NCBI GenBank assembly: GCA_035703635.1
Contig: DASSXV010000002.1
Span: 1-54,062 of the forward strand
From: Trueperaceae bacterium
GTDB lineage: Bacteria; Deinococcota; Deinococci; Deinococcales; Trueperaceae
Length of the DNA: 54,062 nt
Reading direction: 5' to 3'
The position numbers and the translations under genes are program-made. Positions 27,389 to 40,907 of this stretch are shown here, in pieces (position 1 is the stretch's first letter; each line of letters starts with the position of its first letter). The notes beneath the pieces are model-generated. The model was not told where the DNA came from. It made no database searches and saw only the letters and a program-made list of their open reading frames with translations.

Positions 27389-28831
27389 ATGCGCGAACTC
27401 CGATGGCGACAGAAGCACAAGCCCCGCGTGGCGGCCCTTGCCGCCTTCTGGCTCGTACTCGCCGCCCTGCTCCTGAGCGGTTGTCGGATCGAACGGCCCG
27501 TGGTGGTCGCGTTCCCGGACGACGCCCGCGTGCTCGACGGGGAGTGGCAGCTGATCAAGACGGGCTTGGCTAGCTGGGTCGGACGCGTCGTAGCGGCCCC
27601 AAGCTCCGAGCGCATCGTGTTGTTTCAGGGTCAGAACAGCTGGCTGTACGAGCGCGGTGTGGGTGGGGTGTGGGCGGAGGGCGACGGCGCGCCTTACCAA
27701 AGCTTCGCCGATGCCCCTTACGACCCCATCTCCGCTGCGTTGGTGCAACTCGAGCGTAGCGGCGCCGCCGTAAGCGTGACTACCGTGAGCCTTGACTCCG
27801 GAGCCGTCACCACCCAACTCGTGACCCTGCCACCCGCCACCACGTTCACCGCCTTGACGGTTGCGTCGGGGCGCCTGTTCGCGCTCCAGGGCGCGAACAC
27901 AGAGAGCCCGTGGCTGCACTGGTGGGGCCTCGCCACCGGCGCCGCGGAGGGCTCGGTGGCACTGCCGCCGTTCCCTGACGGCATGAAGGTGAGCAGCAAC
28001 CGTAGGCTGCTGTCCTTCTGGGACGTCGGTCGTGGCGACGTGACCGTCGTAGACACCACCGCGCCGAGCGCTGTGCGAACCTTCTACCAGGGCACGTGCA
28101 GGGGCGGCTGGCCAGCGGAAGCCAGCGACGACGGGCGTTGGTTCGCGACTATCAACTGCCTTGGTACGCTCACCGCCCTCGATCTGAGCGAGCCGAACCC
28201 AACTTGGCGCACACTTGGAGTCAAGCCAGACGCAGCGGTACGGTTCGCGCGCGGAAGCAGCCGCGTCGTCTGGCAGGACGAAGCCGGAACCGTGTGGGCG
28301 AACGACGTTAGCGTGGGGGAGACGATCAAGCTCCGAGACGCGGCCGGTGGCCAAGTGGACAACTGGGACCTCGCGGCTACCCTGGACGTCGACGACGTCA
28401 ACGGCCAGATCGTAGCCGCCACTGCAAGTGGCCAGGTTGAGGTCACTCGCCCCGGCACGGCAGTCGAGCTGTTGCCTCACCTCGGCGACCCCAGCGCCAG
28501 GATGACCCTCAGCGCGGAGCCTCCAACTGGCGAGTCGACCTTCAGCGGTTATGCGTTCACGGGCGACCTCGTGTGGAGCGGCGACCAGGCGGCCGCTTTG
28601 GCGGTCGCAGGCGCGGTAAGCGCCTCCTACTTCCACGACTACCGGCTGAGCCCGCAGATGGCGCCCCCACCCAGCTTGCGAGGTTCGGCCGACATCGGCC
28701 CAGCGGACGCGCCGCTCTTCACGCTGCGCTTCGGCGCGGACTCTAGGCTGGCCAAGGAGTTTGATGGCGTGCTCCACGACGAGAACGCCGACGTCAGCTA
28801 CCGCGTCAGACTCTCGAGAACAAATAACTGA
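27389..28831 (+). CDS. Hypothetical lipoprotein, probable beta-propeller
   Basis: LSGC lipobox; repeated WD-like strands (SFWDV, SDDGRW); TATGCT 6 nt before ATG. Confidence 0.65.
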   Translation: MRELRWRQKHKPRVAALAAFWLVLAALLLSGCRIERPVVVAFPDDARVLDGEWQLIKTGLASWVGRVVAAPSSERIVLFQGQNSWLYERGVGGVWAEGDGAPYQSFADAPYDPISAALVQLERSGAAVSVTTVSLDSGAVTTQLVTLPPATTFTALTVASGRLFALQGANTESPWLHWWGLATGAAEGSVALPPFPDGMKVSSNRRLLSFWDVGRGDVTVVDTTAPSAVRTFYQGTCRGGWPAEASDDGRWFATINCLGTLTALDLSEPNPTWRTLGVKPDAAVRFARGSSRVVWQDEAGTVWANDVSVGETIKLRDAAGGQVDNWDLAATLDVDDVNGQIVAATASGQVEVTRPGTAVELLPHLGDPSARMTLSAEPPTGESTFSGYAFTGDLVWSGDQAAALAVAGAVSASYFHDYRLSPQMAPPPSLRGSADIGPADAPLFTLRFGADSRLAKEFDGVLHDENADVSYRVRLSRTNN

Positions 28832-28853
28832 CCCGCGGAACTCCGCGGGTCAG
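28828..28853. terminator. Hairpin between convergent genes
   Basis: CTGACCCGCGG-AACT-CCGCGGGTCAG. Confidence 0.6.
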
Positions 28854-28885
28854 ATGGCACGTGAGTTGATCTCGGCGGGCAAAGC

Positions 28886-30346
28886 TTAGGCGCTGATCTC
28901 CGCCCGCTCCGGAGCCGCAACGCGCTCCAGCAAGTACGCGACCACGTCGGCGGCGCTGTACGAACCGTCATCAGCGTCAAGGAGAGGCACGATGGCGGCG
29001 AGGTCGTCGCCGCTCGTCACCAGCGGCTGCTCGGTGACGCCACGCTTACGCGCCTGACCGAGGCCGACATCGGCCATGAGGGCGTTGCAGAGGCACTTGC
29101 GGCCAACGGTGTCCTCGACCTTACCGCCCTTGCGGACGTAATCAGCCACGGGCTCTGCGGGGCAGCGGTAGCCTGCCTCGCCCTTCTCGTCGCGGTAGAC
29201 CTCACGGAGGTAACCGAGGTCGCATACGCGGCGGCGCTCCTCGTAAACGGGCGCCTCCGAGAGCGTGCCTGGGATCTCGACGACCTTGAAAGGGAAACCC
29301 GTCGGCGAGGCGAGCGGGTCGGTGAAGACCTGCGCGCGGCCAGCCGCGGTCATCTCGAGCACGGCGCGTTTGATGCCAGTAGTGATGCCAGACTCGCGGC
29401 AGTAGGCGAAGAGCGTGCCGACCTGCACTCCGGCGGCGCCAAGCCCCTGCGCCCGCTCGAGTCCCTCGGGCGAGCCGTAACTGCCAGCCAGCCAGAACGG
29501 TAGGCCGAGCTCGCGGATCTTCTCTAGGTCAGCGATGTCGCGCTCGCCGTACACGGGCTGCCCGCTCTCGTCGAACACGTTCTTCGTACGCGGCGGCGCG
29601 TTGTGCCCCCCGGCCGTTGGCCCCTCGACGACGAAGCCCTGGACGGAGCCGTTCGCCTTCTTATGAAGCATGCTGGCGAGCGAGTGCGTTGAGACGATGG
29701 GGAAGAAGTCGGGTCGCTTGAGCGCAGGCATGCCGGTGGCCCCGAAGCTCGCTGGGTCGAACAGCAGCGGCGGTGCGTCGCTAGCGTCCTTGTCGTGCTC
29801 GGTGATGTCCAGCCGAAAGGTCGCGGAAGCGTGCTCCGCCAAGCGGTCGAGCGCGCCGGGGACCTCGCGTGGGATGCCAGCGCCCATCAGCACGTTGTCT
29901 ACGCCTGCCAACATGGCGCCGTACAACGCAGACAAGTTCGGGAGCTGCAGTTTAGTGAGGAGGTTGACGCCGACCTTGCCGTCGTGCCCCTCTTTCGCGA
30001 GGAACACCTCGACGAACGAGCCGAGCATGCTGAGGGCGTGATGGACGTGATTGTCGATCACGGTCGGCATCGGCGCGCGCAAGTAGGGCTTGCCCGGCGG
30101 CCGGCCGTCTGGCAAGAAGTACCGCGCTAAGGTGGTCTTGACGATCTCGGGGAAGGGGAAGGCCGCCATGGCGCGCCTAACGACCCCGTCACTGTCGCCG
30201 TCCTGCAGGCGCCTGACGAGTACCGTGTCAATGCCAGTCGCCGAGACCACGCCAAGCTGGCCGATGGAGGAGACCGCTCTGGCCAGCCGCCAGTTGGAAA
30301 CCGCGACCCCCATACCGCCTTGGATGATAGCTGCTAAGTGGATGAT
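28886..30346 (-). CDS. Nitronate monooxygenase/FabK/FabX-like flavoprotein (start uncertain; first ATG at 30313)
   Basis: IIQGGMG, EGPTAGGH, GVQVGTLF, SPTGFPFK; C-terminal Cys cluster. Confidence 0.85.
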   Translation of the reverse strand: MIHLAAIIQGGMGVAVSNWRLARAVSSIGQLGVVSATGIDTVLVRRLQDGDSDGVVRRAMAAFPFPEIVKTTLARYFLPDGRPPGKPYLRAPMPTVIDNHVHHALSMLGSFVEVFLAKEGHDGKVGVNLLTKLQLPNLSALYGAMLAGVDNVLMGAGIPREVPGALDRLAEHASATFRLDITEHDKDASDAPPLLFDPASFGATGMPALKRPDFFPIVSTHSLASMLHKKANGSVQGFVVEGPTAGGHNAPPRTKNVFDESGQPVYGERDIADLEKIRELGLPFWLAGSYGSPEGLERAQGLGAAGVQVGTLFAYCRESGITTGIKRAVLEMTAAGRAQVFTDPLASPTGFPFKVVEIPGTLSEAPVYEERRRVCDLGYLREVYRDEKGEAGYRCPAEPVADYVRKGGKVEDTVGRKCLCNALMADVGLGQARKRGVTEQPLVTSGDDLAAIVPLLDADDGSYSAADVVAYLLERVAAPERAEISA

Positions 30347-30433
30347 TGGGCACCATAACCCGGTGAGTGTCCGGGTAGTGAGAACTAGGTGACGTAGCGC
30401 CTATCTGCGCTTCACCTGTCATGCTGGTAGTCG

Positions 30434-30796
30434 ATGTTCGCGATGCTCAATTTCAGGATCACGGCGGCGCTTGCCGCGTTGCAGGTTTTCATCGTCACGG
30501 TCTTGTGGGCTGACGGCCCTTGGCTCTTCGGCGCCGTCGTCGGCGTAGTCAACGCCGCCGCACTCGTCGGCTTCGGCCGCTCGATCATGGCGGCGCGCAC
30601 CGTCACCTCCCAACCTCAGGCGACCCGCGCCGTCTACCTCGCTGCGCTCGGCGGGTTCCTCGTGCAGCTCGCTTTGGGGCGGCTCCTGCTCGCCAACGAC
30701 CGCGCCGTCCTCCCAACTTTGGCGGTGCTCGGCGCTGCGCTCGCGCTGATCGTCGTCTACTCCCTCACCCTTAACAGGCTTACGCGGTCGAAGTAG
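30434..30796 (+). CDS. Small 4-TM membrane protein
   Basis: Four hydrophobic segments; fills the gap between genes. Confidence 0.6.
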   Translation: MFAMLNFRITAALAALQVFIVTVLWADGPWLFGAVVGVVNAAALVGFGRSIMAARTVTSQPQATRAVYLAALGGFLVQLALGRLLLANDRAVLPTLAVLGAALALIVVYSLTLNRLTRSK

Positions 30797-30808
30797 CTCG
30801 GTTCTTGC

Positions 30809-31639
30809 CTAGTCGCCGTTGAGCACGAGCTCAGCGCAACCCAGGCGCTGGGTGCGCTCGAGCACGCTCACGACTTGCTCGTGGGCGGCGCCCACGGCGC
30901 CAAGCAGGTCGCGCCCGCTAAGCAGCCCATGAACGACCATCGCAGAGAAGAGGTCGCCAGTTCCCTTGGCGGCTGACGCCACGCGCGGGTGGCGCACGAC
31001 GGTGTGATCGTCCGCCGTCACGATAAGCACTTGGGCTTCGCCCGCGCGCGCTTCGGCTGGCGCTGCGCTCGTCACGACCACCCAACGAGTGCGGCCGCGC
31101 AGGAGCTTGCGTGCCTCCGTGACGGTTTCCGCCATGGTGAGCGCGCCGCGGCCAGCTAGGCGCTCGAGTTCGAAGGCGTTAGGGGTGAGGCCCGTCGCGA
31201 CGTCGATCAGGCCACCGAGCGCAGCCGGCAGTTCAGGGTGTACGTAAAGGCCGCTGTCGTAATCGCCCATGACCGGGTCGACTACCACGAGCAGGTCGGG
31301 TCGCTCGTGGGTGACTTCGGCGAGCCACGCGCCGAGGGCCGCCGCCTGCGCGGGAGACCCGAGGTAACCAACGAGCACGGCGCGCGCGTGCGTGAGGGCG
31401 CCGCGCCTGCGGATGTCTGCCAGGAAGCCCTCGAACCACTCCTGCGGGATGGCGCCGCCACTCAACGTGTCGTACTGCGGGACGTTGCTGAGGAAGACCG
31501 TCGGCACCGCAACGACGTTCATGCCCCTCGCCTGTAGAGTCGGCACGGCGACGCTGTTCCCGACGCAGCCGTAGCAGACCATGGACTGCACCGACACCAC
31601 GTCGACGGGTAGCGGCTCCAACTTAGCGGGGTCCACCAT
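30809..31639 (-). CDS. pdxK: Pyridoxal kinase
   Basis: SVQS.V.YG.VGNS, GYLGS, DPVMGD, TPNAFEL, KGTGDLF. Confidence 0.92.
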   Translation of the reverse strand: MVDPAKLEPLPVDVVSVQSMVCYGCVGNSVAVPTLQARGMNVVAVPTVFLSNVPQYDTLSGGAIPQEWFEGFLADIRRRGALTHARAVLVGYLGSPAQAAALGAWLAEVTHERPDLLVVVDPVMGDYDSGLYVHPELPAALGGLIDVATGLTPNAFELERLAGRGALTMAETVTEARKLLRGRTRWVVVTSAAPAEARAGEAQVLIVTADDHTVVRHPRVASAAKGTGDLFSAMVVHGLLSGRDLLGAVGAAHEQVVSVLERTQRLGCAELVLNGD

Positions 31640-31665
31640 GCTTGCCTCCAGGATTACGCCGCGAC

Positions 31666-32454
31666 CTAATCGTTCTTAGGCCAGTAGTAGGTGTCTGGCA
31701 GTGAGCGTGCACCGAAGATCGACTGGCCGACGCGCACTACGGTGGCGCCCTCCTCGATGGCCAGCTCGAAGTCGCCTGACATCCCCATGGAGAGGCCAGC
31801 CACGTTCACGCCGTCTGGCGCCTCTTGCAGCAGCCTGTCCCGCAGTTCGCGCATGCGCACGAAGCACGGCCTGACGAGCGCCATGTCCGTCGAGAAGAGG
31901 GCAAGCGTCATGAGACCCTGCACCCGCAAGCGCGGGTAGTTCGGGAGTTCCTGCACGAACGCGGGGACTTCTTCGGGTGCCAGGCCGAACTTGCTCTCCT
32001 CGGCCGAGCTGTTCACCTGAACGTACACGTCGATGCTGCGGTCCTCACCCTCCAGGCGCCGCTCGAGCGTCTCGGCCACCCGCAGGCTGGAGAGCGCCTG
32101 GAACTCGCTCGCGAAGCGCGCAACGTGGCGCGCCTTGTTCGTCTGCAAGTGCCCAATGACGGACCACTTGAGGTCGGTGAGATCCGGTAGCGCGTCGTGT
32201 TTGCGCATGGCCTCCTGCACCTTGTTCTCGCCCAAGTACCGGCAGCCGGCCTCGTAAGCCATCCGGATACGGTCCTCAGGAACCGTCTTGCTCACCGGCA
32301 GTAGCCGCACCTCGGACGGGTCGCGCCCCACGCGGCGGCAGGCCGCCGCGATCCGTTCCTTGACGGAGGCCAGGTTGGCCGCGATGTCGTGGGCACTGTT
32401 GGCCGTGGGAGTATCGTGCGGGTCAAGCGGGAAAGTCACGTTGGTCACCGCCAC
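31666..32454 (-). CDS. yggS: PLP homeostasis protein YggS/PROSC (start may be 32448)
   Basis: VSKT, GENKVQE, IGHLQTNK, LSMGMSGD, VRVG. Confidence 0.95.
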   Translation of the reverse strand: MAVTNVTFPLDPHDTPTANSAHDIAANLASVKERIAAACRRVGRDPSEVRLLPVSKTVPEDRIRMAYEAGCRYLGENKVQEAMRKHDALPDLTDLKWSVIGHLQTNKARHVARFASEFQALSSLRVAETLERRLEGEDRSIDVYVQVNSSAEESKFGLAPEEVPAFVQELPNYPRLRVQGLMTLALFSTDMALVRPCFVRMRELRDRLLQEAPDGVNVAGLSMGMSGDFELAIEEGATVVRVGQSIFGARSLPDTYYWPKND

Positions 32455-32517
32455 GTAGGATAGCCCGAGATGAGGCGCTAACGCCGCGGCGACGCCTCAT
32501 GAAGCGGAAGGGACAAC

Positions 32518-33012
32518 ATGAACCGCGCCGGTGTGTACGACAGCTTCAAGTCCAGCCTCTTCGCACTCCTCGACGAGTTCTTCGAGGGGCCGCCACCTGG
32601 CGCCGATGGCACCTACGCTCTCGACCGGGCAGGTAGCTTCCGGCATACGCTCGCCGGCGTTAGCGCCGCGGACGCATCGCGCTCCGCGTTCCAAGGCGCG
32701 ACTACGGTAGCTGCTCAGGTCATCCACACCACCTACTACTTGACGAACTTGCTCCGTTACCTAGAACCGAGCACCGCAGCTGGTCAGGTCGCGGATTGGC
32801 CGGGGAGCTGGGCCCGCTCGGTGGTCGACGCTGCCGAGTGGGACGCCGCGCGCGCTGAACTGTTCGCCGCTTACCTAGAGGTCAAGCGCGCCATCGGGGC
32901 CATGACCGACTGGTCGGGAGATCAGTTCATAGACGCGATGGTGCCGCTAGCGCACAGCGCATACCACTTGGGCGCAATTCGGCAACTGACGAAGGCCCTT
33001 ACGGCCAACTAG
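32518..33012 (+). CDS. DinB/DUF664-like protein
   Basis: TVAAQVIH, DW..SW, AHSAYHLGAIRQ. Confidence 0.75.
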   Translation: MNRAGVYDSFKSSLFALLDEFFEGPPPGADGTYALDRAGSFRHTLAGVSAADASRSAFQGATTVAAQVIHTTYYLTNLLRYLEPSTAAGQVADWPGSWARSVVDAAEWDAARAELFAAYLEVKRAIGAMTDWSGDQFIDAMVPLAHSAYHLGAIRQLTKALTAN

Positions 33013-33059
33013 GGCGTCACGCCGCCGTGGTGGGCGGCCGCCGCGGGCGGCGGCTTTGG

Positions 33060-33701
33060 CTAGGCGTTCTCTGCAAGCGACAGGCGGTAGGCGGGCATCA
33101 GTTCGTCCGGCCCTCTCACTAGGAAGCGCAAGTCGCGCAGGATGCCATCATGCAGGGCGTAGATCCACGCTCGCACCGTGAGGTCGTGGCCGTTTGCCCA
33201 CGCTTCTTGCACGATGCTCGTGTGGCAAACGTTGCGCGCCTGCTCGATGGCGTTCAGCTCAGCCAAGCGGTTAGCGCGCATGCCAGGCGGCAACGAGTCG
33301 AGGATGCTCGAGTGCTTGGCGGCCACGTCCTTGACGTGCCGCAGCCAGTTGTCGAGCAGCCCGTGGCCCTTCCCGTCGAGCGCGGCAGATACGCCACCGC
33401 AGCCGTAATGGCCGACTACGAGCACGTGTTCGACCTTGAGGACCGAGACGGCGAAATCGAGGACGGTGAGGGCGTTGAGGTCCGCGTTGGCCATGACGTT
33501 GGCGACGTTGCGGTGCACGAACACTTCGCCTGGCTCGAGGCCAGCGATGACGTTGGCGCTCACTCGCGAGTCCGAGCAGCCTATCCAGAGGTAGCGCGGC
33601 GCCTGTTGAGTCTCGAGCCGGTCGAAGAACTCAGGGTCGCCGGTTAGCATGTTGGCCGCCCACTCGCGGTTGCGTGCTAGAAGGTCTGCTGGGTCAGCCA
33701 C
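33060..33701 (-). CDS. can: Beta-class carbonic anhydrase
   Basis: IGCSDSR, FVHRNVAN, GHYGCGG. Confidence 0.95.
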   Translation of the reverse strand: MADPADLLARNREWAANMLTGDPEFFDRLETQQAPRYLWIGCSDSRVSANVIAGLEPGEVFVHRNVANVMANADLNALTVLDFAVSVLKVEHVLVVGHYGCGGVSAALDGKGHGLLDNWLRHVKDVAAKHSSILDSLPPGMRANRLAELNAIEQARNVCHTSIVQEAWANGHDLTVRAWIYALHDGILRDLRFLVRGPDELMPAYRLSLAENA

Positions 33702-33752
33702 AGGCCGAGTTTACGGTAAGCGGCGACGGCTCATGGCCGACCGCCGCGGCGT

Positions 33753-35021
33753 TCAGGTGAAGGCGACGAGCAGCCAACCGAGCAGCAGGCTGAGGAGCGT
33801 CACCGGCACCCCGACGCGCAAGTACGAAAAGAAGCCCACTTCGACCCCGAGCCGCCGCGCAGATTCCGCGACGATGAGGTTGGCGACGGACGCGACGAGG
33901 GTCAGGTTGCCTGCCAGTGTGCTCGCCATCGCGAGCGTGATCGCGACTGCGTTCGAAGCAGCGTGAGGCAGCGCTGTCACCTCAAGAGCGGGTAGCAAGA
34001 TGAGCACGGCAGGCACGTTGCTCACCAGGGTGGAGAGGCCGGCGGTCACCACGGTAAGCAGGCCCAGATCGGCGGCGCTTGGAACTGCCGCCAGGGCGTC
34101 GCCGCCTAACAGGCCGAGCAGCCACTTGGCGGGCAGACCCGTGCTCGCCAACGCCCCAACCACGACGAACAGCCCTCCGAACAAGACGAGGAGCTCGTAG
34201 TCAACGCGCCGCAGCAGGACGGTCGCGGCCCGCCCGTGGCCTACGAGAAGAACGACCGCCGCCGTCAAGGCCGCCAAGGCGACCGGGACGCCAGCCATGA
34301 ACGCGACCAACATGGCGAGTACGGTCACGCCGCTCAACCACAACTTGCCTCGGTCCACGTGCGCGGTGGCCTCGTGCCCCGTGGGCGCGAGCGGCCGTGG
34401 CAGGGCGCGCAAGTCGCCCCTGAAGGCGACGAGCAAGGTGCAGAAGGTGACGGCGAGCGCCGCCAGCGCCACCGGGCCGAGGCGCAAGGCGAACGGTCCA
34501 TAGCCGATTCCGGCGCTTACGGCAACGAGCACGTTCTGTGGGTTGCCCGTGATGGTCGCTGCGCTACCTGCGTTGGCGGCGAGCGCGAGCCCGAGGAGGT
34601 AGGGAAGTGGTTTCAGGCCGAGCCGTTGCGCCGCCCGCACCACCATGGGCGTAAGCATCAGCACGACCGTGTCGTTGAGGAAGAGGGCAGAGAGCACGCC
34701 GGAGCTGACCACAAGGAGCGCTAGCAGGCGCTTGGGTCCGAGCGTGCCGCGCGTGACGAGGCCGGTGAGGCGCCTGAAGGCGCCGGCGCTCGCTAAAGCG
34801 GCGTTGACGACCATGAGGCCGAACAACAGGAGGAGGACCTCGCCGTTGATCATGCGCCAGGCGTCGTCTAGGTCGATGACCCCAACGACTAGCAACGCCG
34901 TCGCGCCCGCTGCGGCCATGACGGCGCGGCTGACGGGTACGCCCGGAAGGCGGCCGAAGGCTACGCCGACGAGGGTAACGCCGCTCACGAGCAAGGTGAA
35001 CCAGGTACTCGGAGGCTCCAC
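33753..35021 (-). CDS. ArsB/NhaD/SLC13-type anion transporter
   Basis: SALFLND, ITGNPQN, SNVPAV, STLAGNLT..ASVANLIV. Confidence 0.88.
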   Translation of the reverse strand: MEPPSTWFTLLVSGVTLVGVAFGRLPGVPVSRAVMAAAGATALLVVGVIDLDDAWRMINGEVLLLLFGLMVVNAALASAGAFRRLTGLVTRGTLGPKRLLALLVVSSGVLSALFLNDTVVLMLTPMVVRAAQRLGLKPLPYLLGLALAANAGSAATITGNPQNVLVAVSAGIGYGPFALRLGPVALAALAVTFCTLLVAFRGDLRALPRPLAPTGHEATAHVDRGKLWLSGVTVLAMLVAFMAGVPVALAALTAAVVLLVGHGRAATVLLRRVDYELLVLFGGLFVVVGALASTGLPAKWLLGLLGGDALAAVPSAADLGLLTVVTAGLSTLVSNVPAVLILLPALEVTALPHAASNAVAITLAMASTLAGNLTLVASVANLIVAESARRLGVEVGFFSYLRVGVPVTLLSLLLGWLLVAFT

Positions 35022-35079
35022 CAGCAGAGGATATGTGACGGGAGTGGCCGGGAGGTTCGGACCGTTGCCGGCTCCCCGT

Positions 35080-35122
35080 TGTGCGCCCCATCACACCGCT
35101 ACCTTAATAACTAAGGTAGCCT
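35080..35122 (+). promoter_or_regulatory. CRP-like box, palindromic operator and -10 element
   Basis: TGTGC-N6-TCACA (35080-35095); GCTACCTTA-N5-TAAGGTAGC (35098-35120); TAGCCT (35117-35122). Confidence 0.6.
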
Positions 35123-35128
35123 AAAGCC

Positions 35129-35542
35129 ATGCTCGCTCCGACGCTCTACATCTTGGCCTTCTTCCTTGGCATCAGCGTGCTCATGGGCATCTTGCTTGCC
35201 GTTCACGACGGGATCGAGTACCTAGTCACCCGCCGCAACGCCGCGCTCGCCGCCGCTCGGGTTCTCGGCGGGCAGGGGTTCGCAGCCGGCCCTGCGCGGC
35301 GCGACCTGCGCCAGTTCGTGGTGGTGTCAACTAGCCAGCAGCCAGAGCAAGGCGGCGTGGGTACCGCTAGCCGCGAGCTGCCGAATTGGTTCGAATCCGC
35401 CAGCCGCGACGTCATGGTGCAGCCAAATGCCCTTCATTACCGTGCGTTCCCGGCGCGGGCCAGCAACGCGCGCGGCGGCCGCCGCGCCCATCGCGGCGCC
35501 CACCGCGCAGGCTCAACCATGGGCAAGCGGGCGGAGCGGTAA
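35129..35542 (+). CDS. Hypothetical protein with N-terminal TM helix
   Basis: Hydrophobic N-terminus; leaderless-type -10 6 nt upstream. Confidence 0.5.
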   Translation: MLAPTLYILAFFLGISVLMGILLAVHDGIEYLVTRRNAALAAARVLGGQGFAAGPARRDLRQFVVVSTSQQPEQGGVGTASRELPNWFESASRDVMVQPNALHYRAFPARASNARGGRRAHRGAHRAGSTMGKRAER

Positions 35543-35581
35543 GCGGCCGCTGCGCCGCTGCATCCCTGCGCCGCTGCGTAG

Positions 35582-39423
<3,842 letters not shown>

Positions 39424-39436
39424 GCGGCCGCCAGCC

Positions 39437-40219
39437 TCACTTGCCCGCTTCTGAGATGGCCGCGAGCGCTGGCACGTCGATGATCGAGAGGCGCCTGCGC
39501 CCCGTCGTCACGATCTTGCCCTTGCGCCACTGAGCCAAGACGCGGTTGACGGTCTCCAACGTCGAGCCCGTCATCGCCGCTAGGTCCTCCTGGCTGAGGG
39601 GCGCACCGAGAGTGCGGCCCTCGCCGTCCGGCTGACCAAGCCTCGCGCTCAGCATCAGTAGGGCGGAAGCCAATCGCGCTTCTACCGGTACGGCGCCCGC
39701 GGAGGAGCGCAAGCGCGACTGCGCGTCGCGCAGCTTCGCGCTGACGTCCTCCAACACGGCCAAAGCCACTTTCGGGAAAGCGCTCACGAGCTCGCCGAAC
39801 TCTTCAGCTGACGTCACCAACAGGCAGCCGGAAGTCAATGCCTCCGCGCCGAAAGCGTTATGCGCCTGCCCTAACAGTGGCAGCTCGCCGAACGAGGCGC
39901 CCGGCCCAAGGACGTCGAGGAGGTGCTGACCGCCAACCGCCGTGCTTTGGTTGAGCTTCACCCGACCGCTGGCTATGACGCAGAAGCGCTCTGCTGGATC
40001 GCCCTCGCTCACCAGCGTCTCTCCGGCCGCCATGGCAACGGCGTGAAAAGAGGCGTGGACGCGCTCGAGCTCGGACGGCTCGAGCGCGGAGAAGTACGGA
40101 ACGGCCGCTAACACCTGCCTGCGCATGTCGAGCGTGCACGCCTGCGGGCCGAGCCCGTCGATGGGCCAGCCGTTGGCCCCCAGTGCATGTGAGTGGGTCT
40201 TTCCCGTGCCTTCATCCAT
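39437..40219 (-). CDS. Crp/Fnr family transcriptional regulator
   Basis: EGDPA, G..FGE, VEARLA, SQEDLAAMTGST.ETVNR; start inferred. Confidence 0.9.
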   Translation of the reverse strand: MDEGTGKTHSHALGANGWPIDGLGPQACTLDMRRQVLAAVPYFSALEPSELERVHASFHAVAMAAGETLVSEGDPAERFCVIASGRVKLNQSTAVGGQHLLDVLGPGASFGELPLLGQAHNAFGAEALTSGCLLVTSAEEFGELVSAFPKVALAVLEDVSAKLRDAQSRLRSSAGAVPVEARLASALLMLSARLGQPDGEGRTLGAPLSQEDLAAMTGSTLETVNRVLAQWRKGKIVTTGRRRLSIIDVPALAAISEAGK

Positions 40220-40370
40220 CGACCTAGATGCTACCCCTGGCCTGGCCGCGCTCGTGTTCGGGTAGTATCCTCCTCCGGAGCCGCCGGGTCGGGTGGTGGG
40301 GCGTAACCCACCAAGACCCGTCGTCACCTTAGCTATATGCCGGATAGCCGGCACGCCTTGGAGGTAGTTC

Positions 40371-40874
40371 GTGAAGCGACTCGTCAAGATCTTGGCCCCT
40401 GTGGTTCTGGCTGTGTTGGTCCTCGTGCCGGTCGTCGTTGCCCAGGGCACGCCGATCGCCGAGACCGACACCAGCGCGGGGGAGACCATCTTCAACACCA
40501 ACTGCATGGCCTGCCACCAGCTGACCGGTCAGGGCATCCCAGGAGCCTTCCCGCCGCTCGCCGGCCACCTTCCTGAGGTCGTCGCCGCAGAGGGCGGCCG
40601 CGAGTACGCCATCGACGTCGTGCTCTACGGCCTTCAGGGCGCCATCAATGTCAACGGCATGGCCTACAACAGCGTCATGACCCCGTGGGCGTCGATGTTC
40701 GACGACCAGCAGATCGCGGACGTGCTCAACTACGCCGCTACGGCCTGGGAAAACGCCGCTGCACTGCCAGAGGGCTTCACCGCCTTCACGGCCGAGGAAG
40801 TAGCCGCTCAGCGCGCAACCACGCTAGACGCCGCGGCGGTCTACGCCAAGCGCGGAGAACTCGGCCTCGAGTAA
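40371..40874 (+). CDS. Cytochrome c (c552-like)
   Basis: Signal peptide, CMACH, FPPLAG, axial Met in MTPW. Confidence 0.92.
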   Translation: MKRLVKILAPVVLAVLVLVPVVVAQGTPIAETDTSAGETIFNTNCMACHQLTGQGIPGAFPPLAGHLPEVVAAEGGREYAIDVVLYGLQGAINVNGMAYNSVMTPWASMFDDQQIADVLNYAATAWENAAALPEGFTAFTAEEVAAQRATTLDAAAVYAKRGELGLE

Positions 40875-40907
40875 CTAAGACCGGGGTTGGCGTAGAGCCA
40901 ACGCCAG

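Noticed and set aside
22953-28777. Long antisense or alternate-frame ORFs (e.g. 22953-24023, 27344-28777; also 9755-10849 and 41108-42301)
   Set aside because: Shadow ORFs expected in high-GC coding DNA; Arg/Ala/Pro-rich with no motifs
39437-40507. 356-aa Crp ORF, and similar N-terminal extensions at 398, 6555, 8652, 26075, 48994 and 51954
   Set aside because: The extensions overlap neighbouring genes or promoters; downstream starts have an RBS, a -10 or a stop/start overlap (the recombinase start at 52242 is less certain)
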